From Patescibacteria group bacterium (GTDB lineage Bacteria; Patescibacteriota; Saccharimonadia; Saccharimonadales; UBA10212), in contig JBBTWK010000030.1 of NCBI GenBank assembly GCA_038062805.1, forward strand, positions 1 to 29,268: 29,268 nucleotides of DNA. The letters run 5' to 3'. Positions 8,706 through 16,444 of the stretch are shown piece by piece. Under the pieces are notes generated by a model. The model saw only the letters and a list, made by a program, of their open reading frames with translations, made no database searches and had not been told where the DNA came from. Positions within the stretch are counted from its first letter, which is position 1. Each line of letters opens with the position of its first letter. The position numbers and the translations under genes were made by a program.

Positions 8706-8713
8706 TCTTTGCG

Positions 8714-8735
8714 TGGAGGGCCCAGTGGGATTCGA
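8714..8735 (-). repeat. Exact 22-nt copy of the tRNA-Lys 3' end
   Basis: TGGAGGGCCCAGTGGGATTCGA, identical to 8885-8906. Confidence 0.92.
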
Positions 8736-8851
8736 GTTATTCTGCGGCTGCGCAAAATGCAAGCATTGCACGAGCCGGCCAAGCAAGGAAAACTCAAAAG
8801 TCCACCGGACTTTCTCGCCCTACGGGTTTGAATCCCCGAAACCATACCAAC

Positions 8852-8876
8852 AAAATACCCCATCACAAGGATGGGG
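8852..8876 (-). terminator. Intrinsic terminator of tRNA-Lys
   Basis: CCCCATC-ACAAG-GATGGGG stem with a minus-strand U-run, just 3' of the CCA. Confidence 0.7.
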
Positions 8877-8884
8877 CACTTTGT

Positions 8885-8961
8885 TGGAGGGCCCAGTGGG
8901 ATTCGAACCCACGACACGCGGCTTAAAAGGCCGCTGCTCTAACCAACTGAGCTATGGGCCC
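8885..8961 (-). tRNA. tRNA-Lys(UUU), CCA encoded
   Basis: Reverse complement GGGCCCA-TA-GCTC...GAGC-A-GCGGC-CTTTTAA-GCCGC...GTGGG-TTCGAAT-CCCAC-TGGGCCC-T-CCA, a full cloverleaf. Confidence 0.97.
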
Positions 8962-9211
8962 TCGTCGGAGTAAGCTACCAGCTTGCGACGACGAGCAATT
9001 AACTAGCGTTCTTTGCTCGTGTCTTCAGCTTCTCGCTACTCCTCCTCTTCAATTTTGCAAAATCTGCTACGCACGATTTCACAAAATTGGGTTAAGACCA
9101 ATGCTGCGTGAATGCAGCACGAAATAACACCTTACATTATCTGTTTTTTAGCCAAAAAGTCAAACACAAGCAGTTAATTTTTGGCGAGGGCTGTGACATT
9201 ATTGTCCCAAG

Positions 9212-10654
9212 ATGAAGCGGTTCCGACGTACGACCCTAATTACCATTTTCTGTCTTTCGGTCCTTGCTGGGTTGGGGTTATCCAGGGAAATTAGTCTAAC
9301 CCCAAGCGGCTGGTATTTATTGGCCATTGCTCCTTGTTTGTTGTTGATCAAGCGCAAAAACGTCACAGCTTTAATTCTGGTTGTGGTTCTGGGCGCTGGA
9401 TTGGGTCTGTGGCGGGGCGATATTTATATGCAAAAGTTGGGCGAGCTGAAAAGCCTAACAGGCCAAAACGTGACCATTGAAGCCACGGCTACCAGGGACG
9501 CCGTTTATGCAGGAGCCACCCAACTAGAATTTACTGCCAACCATGCCCGCCTTTTCCAAGGCCAGGCCTTGGAAACAGGAGGCGGGGAGCTAGCGGGAAG
9601 CTTTAAGATCAGCGGTTTTGGCGAACCAATGGTTTACCGCGGCGACCGCGTACGAATCAGCGGTAAGCTCTACCCAATGCGTGGCGCCAACCAGGCTCGC
9701 ATTGCTTACGCTCAGCTAAAACGCACCGGACTGGACAGCAGCTGGATTAATAATCTTACTCGCCACTTAAGTGCCGGTATGCAAACGGCGCTGCCGGAAC
9801 CCAATTCTAGCTTTGGGCTTGGCCTGTTAATCGGCCAGAGAAATACTTTACCCAGTGAGCTAACAAACCAGCTAATCATGGTCGGGCTAGTACACATAGT
9901 AGCGGTATCGGGCTACAATCTGACAATTTTAGTCCGGGCTATGGCTAGACTTAGATTTGGTTCTAAATACCATCGACTTTTGGCCAGTTTGGCGCTCATT
10001 AGTATTTTTATTTTGATGACCGGCTTTAGCGCTTCCATCGTTAGGGCGGCAATCGTGTCAGTTCTGGGTCTCTGGGCTTGGTATTACGGCCGTAAAATCC
10101 GAGCGGTTTTAATACTGGCTTTCACGGCCGCCGTTACAGCGCTGTTCAACCCGTTTTATATCTGGGGCGACCCAGGCTGGTACTTATCATTCCTGGCCTT
10201 TTTCGGCGTACTGATAATTTCACCGATGGTGGTCAGCAAGCTATTTAAGCGCCAGCCAAAGCTCCTAATCTCAGTAGCCTTCGATACTCTGGCAGCTGAA
10301 GTTATGACCCTACCGTTGATTATGGCCATGTTCGGCCAATTGTCTTTGGTGGGGCTGCTAACCAACGTGCTAGTGGTGCCACTTATTCCGTTCGCCATGC
10401 TGCTCTCGACTGTTGCCGCAGGCGCGGGCATGCTGGTACCCGCCATGGCGGGTTGGTTTGCCTGGCCGGCAAATCTGCTGTTGACTTACATCTTGGATAT
10501 AGTCCGCTTATTTTCGGCCATCCCATCAATCTTTTTGCGTAGATCCATCAGCATGGCCAGCATGCTTTATTTCTATGCCTTAGTCTTGCTGGTATTAGCA
10601 GCCGTCCATAAACAGCGTGCTAAGCTGAAAACTGCTAAAATAACCCATATATGA
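9212..10654 (+). CDS. comEC: ComEC/Rec2 competence membrane protein (OB domain plus competence domain, no C-terminal metallo-beta-lactamase domain)
   Basis: GLVHIVAVSGYNL, SASIVRAAI and GWYLSFLAFFG motifs, with multiple TM helices. Confidence 0.92.
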   Translation: MKRFRRTTLITIFCLSVLAGLGLSREISLTPSGWYLLAIAPCLLLIKRKNVTALILVVVLGAGLGLWRGDIYMQKLGELKSLTGQNVTIEATATRDAVYAGATQLEFTANHARLFQGQALETGGGELAGSFKISGFGEPMVYRGDRVRISGKLYPMRGANQARIAYAQLKRTGLDSSWINNLTRHLSAGMQTALPEPNSSFGLGLLIGQRNTLPSELTNQLIMVGLVHIVAVSGYNLTILVRAMARLRFGSKYHRLLASLALISIFILMTGFSASIVRAAIVSVLGLWAWYYGRKIRAVLILAFTAAVTALFNPFYIWGDPGWYLSFLAFFGVLIISPMVVSKLFKRQPKLLISVAFDTLAAEVMTLPLIMAMFGQLSLVGLLTNVLVVPLIPFAMLLSTVAAGAGMLVPAMAGWFAWPANLLLTYILDIVRLFSAIPSIFLRRSISMASMLYFYALVLLVLAAVHKQRAKLKTAKITHI

Positions 10655-11382
10655 GCGGTCATAGCAAATGGGCAACAATAAAACGCCAAAAGGGCGCCAA
10701 TGACGCTAAGCGTGGAGCCTTATTCACAAAATTGGGCAACCAAATTGCTATAGCCGCTCGCGGCGGAACAGATCCGGCGACCAATTCTACCCTGTCTATG
10801 GCGATAGAAAAGGCCAAAGCTGCCAATATGCCCACCGCTAATATTGAACGCTCCATCGCCCGGGCGGCCGATAAATCGGCCGCCCAGCTAGAAGAAATTA
10901 TGTACGAAGGCTACGGTCCCGGCGGCGTAGCCGTGCTAGTAGAAGTGGCTACCGACAATAAAAATCGGACCTATCCGGAAGTCCGTGTGGCATTTACTAA
11001 AAATGGCGGCAATATGGCCGAACCCAACAGCGTAGCCTTTCAGTTTAGCCGCAAGGGGGTTATCCACGTCAAAGGTACGGATGAGCAAATCCAGCTAGAA
11101 GCTATCGAAGCCGGTGCCGAAGATGTAATTGATGAACCGGAAACGGGCGAAACAGTTGTCTATACCGTACCTAACGAGCTGGCTAAAGTCCGCGAAACAC
11201 TCAAATCAGCTGGCCTGGAAGTCGTCGAAGCCGAGCTAACTTACGTACCAAATAGCGCACTAGAAATCAGCGACCGCGAAACCGCCCGTAAAATTGTCAA
11301 CCTCATGGACGCGCTAGAAGACTTAGACGACGTAGTTTCTACTCACACTAACTTCGACATAGCGGAGGGTATAAATGTCTGA
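10651..11382 (+). CDS. yebC: YebC/PmpR family protein
   Basis: MSGHSKWATIKRQKGANDAKRG, YEGYGPGGVA, TDNKNRT and LEDLDDV..THTN. Confidence 0.97.
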   Translation: MSGHSKWATIKRQKGANDAKRGALFTKLGNQIAIAARGGTDPATNSTLSMAIEKAKAANMPTANIERSIARAADKSAAQLEEIMYEGYGPGGVAVLVEVATDNKNRTYPEVRVAFTKNGGNMAEPNSVAFQFSRKGVIHVKGTDEQIQLEAIEAGAEDVIDEPETGETVVYTVPNELAKVRETLKSAGLEVVEAELTYVPNSALEISDRETARKIVNLMDALEDLDDVVSTHTNFDIAEGINV

Positions 11383-12193
11383 GTCAGAAAACTATCTTGA
11401 ATTCGCTAAAGAGCTGGCCGAAGAAGCCGGCAAAATAATGCAACGCTATTTTCGTGCGGAGGACACCGGAACCACGATTAAGGGGGATTCAACACCCGTC
11501 ACAGTTGCCGACACTAAAATTAATGATTTAGTGATAGAGCAGATAAAAAATCATTTTCCCAATCATGCTGTTTTGGGCGAGGAGGCTTCACATAAACAGC
11601 AGAGCGACTATTTATGGGTCTGCGACCCAATTGACGGCACCATGCCTTATTCGATAGGCATTCCAATATCTACCTTTAACTTAGCTTTAATCCACGATGG
11701 CCAGCCAATCATCGCCGTCCAGAAAGACCCTTTTACGGATAGACTTTATTGGGCAAAAAAAGCCGGTGGCGCGTATTTGAATGGTGAAAAACTGAAAATG
11801 ACTGGCAAATTTTTGGGTCGCTCGCCTGTTAACTGCGAAATCTATGCTAACGAATATAACAGCATATTTAGCAATCCAAATGCTGAGAGTGAAATACAAA
11901 CAGCCCTAAAAACTCATGACTTTGTTTTAATGAAAATGATATCTATAGGCAATAGTATCGGTTTGGTAGCCAGCGGCAATTTAGCCGCAGCAGTTTTTTC
12001 CAATAGCCATGTTTATGAAGCAGCAACTGGTTCCCTCTTAATCTCAGAAGCCGGCGGAAAGTTTACTAATTTGCTTGGAGAAGTTGACAGCTACAATCAG
12101 AAAATCAAAGGTTTTATAGCGGCTCCCGAACCTATCCACAATATTATTTTAAAAGCCGTTAAACCAATAGCGGAAAAATATTTATCGAAATGA
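11375..12193 (+). CDS. Inositol monophosphatase family protein
   Basis: TPVTVAD, GEE, WVCDPIDGT and EAGG motifs. The WD motif appears as YE. Confidence 0.9.
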   Translation: MSESENYLEFAKELAEEAGKIMQRYFRAEDTGTTIKGDSTPVTVADTKINDLVIEQIKNHFPNHAVLGEEASHKQQSDYLWVCDPIDGTMPYSIGIPISTFNLALIHDGQPIIAVQKDPFTDRLYWAKKAGGAYLNGEKLKMTGKFLGRSPVNCEIYANEYNSIFSNPNAESEIQTALKTHDFVLMKMISIGNSIGLVASGNLAAAVFSNSHVYEAATGSLLISEAGGKFTNLLGEVDSYNQKIKGFIAAPEPIHNIILKAVKPIAEKYLSK

Positions 12194-12672
12194 GAATTAT
12201 CGGGATTGATCCGGGGACGGGGATTTTGGGTTTTGGCGTTATCGATGTTGATAAAAACGGTAAGTGCACGCTAGTTGATGCCGGCGTTATTCGCACACCA
12301 GTCAAGGAAGACGAAACGGTCCGCCTGCAGACCATTTTTGAGGAGCTAAAAAGTGTTATCGCCGATTGTAAACCGGTCGAAATGGCCGTTGAAAAACTGT
12401 TTTTTGCCCAAAATGTTACGACGGCCATGAGCGTGGCGCAGGCCAGGGGAGTGGCGATTGTAGCTGGTACCCAGGCCGGTCTAAAAGTCTCTGAATACAC
12501 ACCCCTGCAAATCAAACAGGCTCTAACGGGTTACGGCCGGGCCGAGAAAAGCCAGATGCAGGAAATGGTTCGAGTCCTGCTGGGACTCAAAGATGTGCCC
12601 CGTCCCGACGACTGCGCCGATGCCCTCGCCACCGCCATCTGCCACTCAATGACCCATCAACACAAATCCTAA
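12190..12672 (+). CDS. ruvC: Holliday junction resolvase RuvC
   Basis: IIGIDPG, AVEKLFF, EYTPLQIK...GYGRAEK and DD.ADALA. Confidence 0.97.
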   Translation: MRIIGIDPGTGILGFGVIDVDKNGKCTLVDAGVIRTPVKEDETVRLQTIFEELKSVIADCKPVEMAVEKLFFAQNVTTAMSVAQARGVAIVAGTQAGLKVSEYTPLQIKQALTGYGRAEKSQMQEMVRVLLGLKDVPRPDDCADALATAICHSMTHQHKS

Positions 12673-12682
12673 GGAGTTAAGA

Positions 12683-12719
12683 ATCCCCCAATCCCAACAT
12701 ATGTCAGAATTGGGGGGGT
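12683..12719. repeat. Hairpin element with ACATATGT apex, copy 2 (inverted relative to 7062-7098)
   Basis: 28/37 identity to copy 1 by hand alignment. CCCCAAT...ATTGGGG arms. Confidence 0.65.
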
Positions 12720-12772
12720 ATTCGGGGAGGAGAGAGCTTTTAGGCGTAGGGTAAAGATGCCATAATTGGGGC

Positions 12773-13345
12773 ATGATTGCGAAGCTTGAAGGGAAGGTGG
12801 CCGAGAAAATTGGCGGAGTGGTGGTTATCGACTGCGGCGGCGTTGGTTACGGAGTGCTGGTACCATTTGAGGATTTTGGGGCGCTCAAAGTTGGCCAGCC
12901 AGCCAAACTTTACGTGCACGAGAGTATCCGAGAGAACGCACATGATCTTTTTGGCTTTCGAAACCTGGAATCCAAGGCTTTGTTTGAGCAATTGCTAAGC
13001 GTCAAAGGGGTCGGGCCAAAGATGGCCCTGGCAATTCTGAGCGTAGCTTCACTTTCACGCGTCCGTCAAGCCATAGCCGCCGGCGACACAAAATTCTTAT
13101 CTCAATCTAAAGGCGTAGGCAAACGGGCCGCCGAACGCGTTGTAGTAGACCTGAAAGACAAAGTTGGCCTGGCCGCCAGCGAAGACGCCACACAGTTCCT
13201 AACCACTACCGCCGATCCCGGCGACGAAGCCTTGCAAGGCCTCGTCGCACTAGGTTACAGCGTTGCTGACGCGGCCGAAGCCCTCAAAAAAGTCGACACC
13301 AAGCTACCGCCATCCGAGCGTATCAAACAAGCCCTCAAAACCTAG
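12773..13345 (+). CDS. ruvA: Holliday junction branch migration protein RuvA
   Basis: MIAKLEG, GGVGY, LFGF, LLSVKGVGPKMAL, GVGKRAAERV and ALVALGY. Confidence 0.97.
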   Translation: MIAKLEGKVAEKIGGVVVIDCGGVGYGVLVPFEDFGALKVGQPAKLYVHESIRENAHDLFGFRNLESKALFEQLLSVKGVGPKMALAILSVASLSRVRQAIAAGDTKFLSQSKGVGKRAAERVVVDLKDKVGLAASEDATQFLTTTADPGDEALQGLVALGYSVADAAEALKKVDTKLPPSERIKQALKT

Positions 13346-13348
13346 ATT

Positions 13349-13357
13349 TTATCCACA
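13349..13357 (+). promoter_or_regulatory. Single perfect DnaA box
   Basis: TTATCCACA, directly upstream of the extended -10 (TGaTATAAT) of the 13379 gene. Confidence 0.4.
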
Positions 13358-13378
13358 GTTTATGATATAATATACCAA

Positions 13379-14005
13379 ATGGTAGTTCAAACTTCTCAAG
13401 AGATTCATAATTCAAGTGATGTTATCCGAGGCTATATTAGCTTTGTCGAAGCCGGCGGTGGCGTGGAAACATTTGAAAAAGAGATGGTTACTGACCCGTT
13501 ACGCCCACAATTAGAAGCGGCGCCTATCATTTGCTTCACTCACGATGAAGAAGTAATTGCTCGGCGCGGGCTTTGGAACCACCTAGGTATTATCTATAGA
13601 GGTATTAAAAATAAAACAAGAACAGCTAGCTCTCGAGCTATTGCCGAGGCAATCAATAAACCGTTAGTACTTGCGGATGATTTTAGAATGGATGCCCAAC
13701 AGTCAATAATCACGCTGAACAGGGCGTATGATTACGATGAGGGTATTTGGTTGTCCGAAACAGCACGGCAAGACAACCAAATAGCGTATGAAGTCGCGTT
13801 AGTAATGAGGGCGCTTAGAACAAAGTGTCCGGTTGATGCGGTCGATCAATTGGATTTAGCTCGGCGTATAGAGGCCCGTAGAAAGTGGGTTTGGAAACGG
13901 GAAATCGCGTCTTTAGCACTCGACATAGAAAAAAGAAGGGCTCATCCTGCACTCATTAAACTGGCTGAGGCTATAATCGACTTTCATGAGCCAGATGAAG
14001 CATAA
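13379..14005 (+). CDS. Hypothetical protein, 208 aa
   Basis: Long ORF with TATAAT 7 nt upstream of the ATG. No recognised family. Confidence 0.8.
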   Translation: MVVQTSQEIHNSSDVIRGYISFVEAGGGVETFEKEMVTDPLRPQLEAAPIICFTHDEEVIARRGLWNHLGIIYRGIKNKTRTASSRAIAEAINKPLVLADDFRMDAQQSIITLNRAYDYDEGIWLSETARQDNQIAYEVALVMRALRTKCPVDAVDQLDLARRIEARRKWVWKREIASLALDIEKRRAHPALIKLAEAIIDFHEPDEA

Positions 14006-14019
14006 GATATAATATAGAT

Positions 14020-14178
14020 ATGGCAAAACGCGGGCACGAACATCCGGAATTGGATTACAGGGCTGATAGCGAAGAAAGCCTGTTTTCACAATTGTCCTTA
14101 GAACAGACGACCCCAGCCCAGAATAATTTATCAGTAGCGCGCGCGACGCCGCCTATTGAGGGGAAAGAAAACCTGTAG
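14020..14178 (+). CDS. Small hypothetical protein, 52 aa (not in the ORF track)
   Basis: MAKRGHEHPELDYRADSEESLFSQLSLEQTTPAQNNLSVARATPPIEGKENL*. TATAAT (14008-14013) lies 6 nt upstream of the ATG. Confidence 0.45.
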   Translation: MAKRGHEHPELDYRADSEESLFSQLSLEQTTPAQNNLSVARATPPIEGKENL

Positions 14179-14186
14179 CCGAGATT

Positions 14187-14468
14187 ATGACCGAACATGA
14201 TGTGCGCATAAAGGAGCGTGCAGCAAAGTGGGAAGAGCTTAACAAAGCAAATTGGCCTGAAAGTAGAATCCAACAGGCACTCGATGCACTCTTTCCTGAT
14301 TTGCGTGACTCTGACAGAATTGGAGAGCTGGAAAACAGACAACTAGCCGATCGACGTCGCCAGGCGAGAAAAAGTGTTCAAACAAAAAAGCACAGAAGCC
14401 CCGCTCAAAATCCTGGTATAAGACGTTTGCCAGGATACGATAGGGTTATTCCACCCGAAGCTCTTTAG
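14187..14468 (+). CDS. Hypothetical protein, 93 aa, charged
   Basis: ORF follows the previous small ORF by 8 nt. No recognised motif. Confidence 0.55.
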   Translation: MTEHDVRIKERAAKWEELNKANWPESRIQQALDALFPDLRDSDRIGELENRQLADRRRQARKSVQTKKHRSPAQNPGIRRLPGYDRVIPPEAL

Positions 14469-14486
14469 TTGTACGCTAGAATAAAA

Positions 14487-14505
14487 CAGATGAGTTTTTG
14501 GACAA
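14487..14505 (+). repeat. Orphan duplicate of the dus start region (att/target-site-like)
   Basis: CAGATGAGTTTTTGGACAA versus CAGATGAGTTTTTTGGATAA at 15411-15430. Both have a -10 box 7 nt before the ATG. Confidence 0.65.
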
Positions 14506-14510
14506 GCCGC

Positions 14511-15392
14511 TTAAGCTAGTACAGCCAGCGCTGCTCCTAAAACTATAATGCAGGCGGCTATAAATCTCTGTAGCAACCTTTTCTCGTTAAAGAACTTGCC
14601 GGCCATAATGACTGTCATCAGAACAGAAGTCGCCTGAATAGCCGTCACCGGACCTGCAGGACCGGAACTTAACGCTCGCCACACTACATACAAAAACAGT
14701 CCATTAGAAGCTCCCATGACCATTATTGCTAACAGGGATTTTTTAATATCACTTATTCGGTTCTTGGTTTTGCGGAGAAATACGGGTGTAAATAGCAGGA
14801 CGAAAAGGGAGTAATAAACTGCAACATAAAATTGTGGCGAGGAATAACCAGAAAGCAGTTTCCCAATAGGGACGGTAATGCCGAACAGGATACTTGTGGT
14901 TAGCATCATAAGCACCCCGCGCTCTTTTTTTATCTGAAGAAATGGTCTAAAAAAACCACCCCGCATCGACTGAAGATTTAACACATAGACTCCAATAGCC
15001 AGTGATATAAAAGCCAATATATGCAACAGGGAAAGCGGCTCGCTCAAGATAAAAAAAGCGCCTATTGCTACAAAAAATGCCCCGAGGGAATTAATTGGTG
15101 CCACCAAAGATAAGGGCGCGATTTTGACCGATTTGAAAAAGAGCAAGACGATAACTATTTCGATTGGTAGACTTATCACTATTAATTTCCAAAAAATCGG
15201 ATCAACAGAGGGAAAACCTACAGATAGAAGTAAGAGCCACAGTATAGGCAAGGATAGGGAATTTCGTAACCAGCCAGTGGCGTACTCATCGAGAGTTGAG
15301 TTAAGATGCTTGGTTGCCACATTTGTAATCGATAGCAAGACAGCGCTAACTATGGCTAGTAAAATCCAGTTGTGCATATAAGAATGATACAT
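14511..15392 (-). CDS. EamA/DMT family transporter (start may be 15377)
   Basis: Two repeated 5-TM halves with signatures such as SVKIAPLSLVAP...LSEPL and GPVTAI..SV. Confidence 0.9.
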   Translation of the reverse strand: MYHSYMHNWILLAIVSAVLLSITNVATKHLNSTLDEYATGWLRNSLSLPILWLLLLSVGFPSVDPIFWKLIVISLPIEIVIVLLFFKSVKIAPLSLVAPINSLGAFFVAIGAFFILSEPLSLLHILAFISLAIGVYVLNLQSMRGGFFRPFLQIKKERGVLMMLTTSILFGITVPIGKLLSGYSSPQFYVAVYYSLFVLLFTPVFLRKTKNRISDIKKSLLAIMVMGASNGLFLYVVWRALSSGPAGPVTAIQATSVLMTVIMAGKFFNEKRLLQRFIAACIIVLGAALAVLA

Positions 15393-15413
15393 AAATAAAG
15401 TACAATGTGTCAG

Positions 15414-16352
15414 ATGAGTTTTTTGGATAAATTGCCCAAACCGTTTTTAGTTTTGGCGCCGATGGATGATGTGACAGACACGGTCTTCCGTCAGATCGTG
15501 GCCGACTGTGCGCCACCTGATTTATATTTCACCGAATTTGTGAATGTTGATGGGCTGCAAAGCCCGGGCAGGGAGAAGCTGATTAAAAAATTGCAGTTTT
15601 CGCCCAAGGAAAAACCGATTATCGCTCAGCTGTGGGGCTTAAAACCAGAAAATTTTTATAAAACGACAAAAGAGGTAATGGCGATGGGGTTTGACGGGGT
15701 GGATATCAATATGGGCTGTCCAGTCAAAACCGTTATCAAAAACGGAGCCTGTGCGGCGCTGATAAATAACAGGGAACTGGCCGGCGAAATAATTGATGCT
15801 GCCAGGGAAGCAGCAGGCAAATTCCCTGTTTGCATAAAAACCCGCGTTGGTTTTTCTACAACAGATATGAGCTGGCTAGAATTTTTACTTTCAAAAAAGC
15901 TTGACTTGTTAAGTATTCACGGCCGAACGGCCAAGCAGCTATCCAGAGTCCCAGCCGATTGGGATTTGATTGGCCAGGTCCGGCAAATGCGCGATTCCCT
16001 CTGCCCTGCTACCTTAATTGTTGGCAATGGCGATGTAATGAATCGTACGCAAGCTCTGAGCCTGGCTAAAAAATATAAGCTGGACGGGGTTATGATTGGC
16101 CGCGGTGTTTTTCAAGATCCGTTTGTGTTCGGAAAAAAAAGTGCGTGGGATGACTGGAGTAAAGATCAAAAAATCGAACTATTTCGCAAGCACATCAAGC
16201 TATTCGCCAAAACTTGGACTCGTGGTGAATATAAATTCGAGAGCCTTAAAAAATTCGCCAAAGTTTATATCAACGGCTTCGATGGCGCGTCAGAGCTGCG
16301 CTCGGCGCTTATGTCGACGACTTCAACAGATGAAGCGTTGCGGTTGTTATAA
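15414..16352 (+). CDS. dus: tRNA-dihydrouridine synthase (subfamily not assigned)
   Basis: LAPMDDVTD, FTEFV, GVDINMGCP, IKTRVG, IHGRT, GNGDV and GVMIGRG. Start at the second ATG (MSFLDKLPKP). Confidence 0.95.
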   Translation: MSFLDKLPKPFLVLAPMDDVTDTVFRQIVADCAPPDLYFTEFVNVDGLQSPGREKLIKKLQFSPKEKPIIAQLWGLKPENFYKTTKEVMAMGFDGVDINMGCPVKTVIKNGACAALINNRELAGEIIDAAREAAGKFPVCIKTRVGFSTTDMSWLEFLLSKKLDLLSIHGRTAKQLSRVPADWDLIGQVRQMRDSLCPATLIVGNGDVMNRTQALSLAKKYKLDGVMIGRGVFQDPFVFGKKSAWDDWSKDQKIELFRKHIKLFAKTWTRGEYKFESLKKFAKVYINGFDGASELRSALMSTTSTDEALRLL

Positions 16353-16379
16353 CATCGTTATAACGTCGTTATAACGATG
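16346..16379. repeat. Three GTTATAAC palindromes at an 11-bp period, overlapping the dus stop
   Basis: GTTATAACATC-GTTATAACGTC-GTTATAACGAT. 16353-16379 is itself a 13+1+13 palindrome. Confidence 0.8.
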
Positions 16380-16444
16380 CTTTGTAAGGATGTTAACAAA
16401 AGATTTTTTGTGCGAGTGGTATTCTGGGATTTAGGAGACAGACA

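Noticed and set aside
8535-8906. CRISPR array
   Set aside because: The repeats are copies of the tRNA-Lys 3' end, the spacers are about 150-165 nt and unequal, and there are no cas genes.
8519-8973. ORFs of 132, 112, 127 and 65 aa over the tRNA-Lys repeat region
   Set aside because: They overlap a tRNA and GC-rich palindromes, lack start signals and give no protein-like motifs.
9212-10654. Truncated comEC pseudogene
   Set aside because: The competence domain is complete and overlaps yebC normally. ComEC lacking the beta-lactamase-like domain is a known natural architecture.
13349-13357. Replication origin
   Set aside because: Only one DnaA box in a 33-nt gap, with no box cluster, no unwinding element and no dnaA/dnaN nearby.
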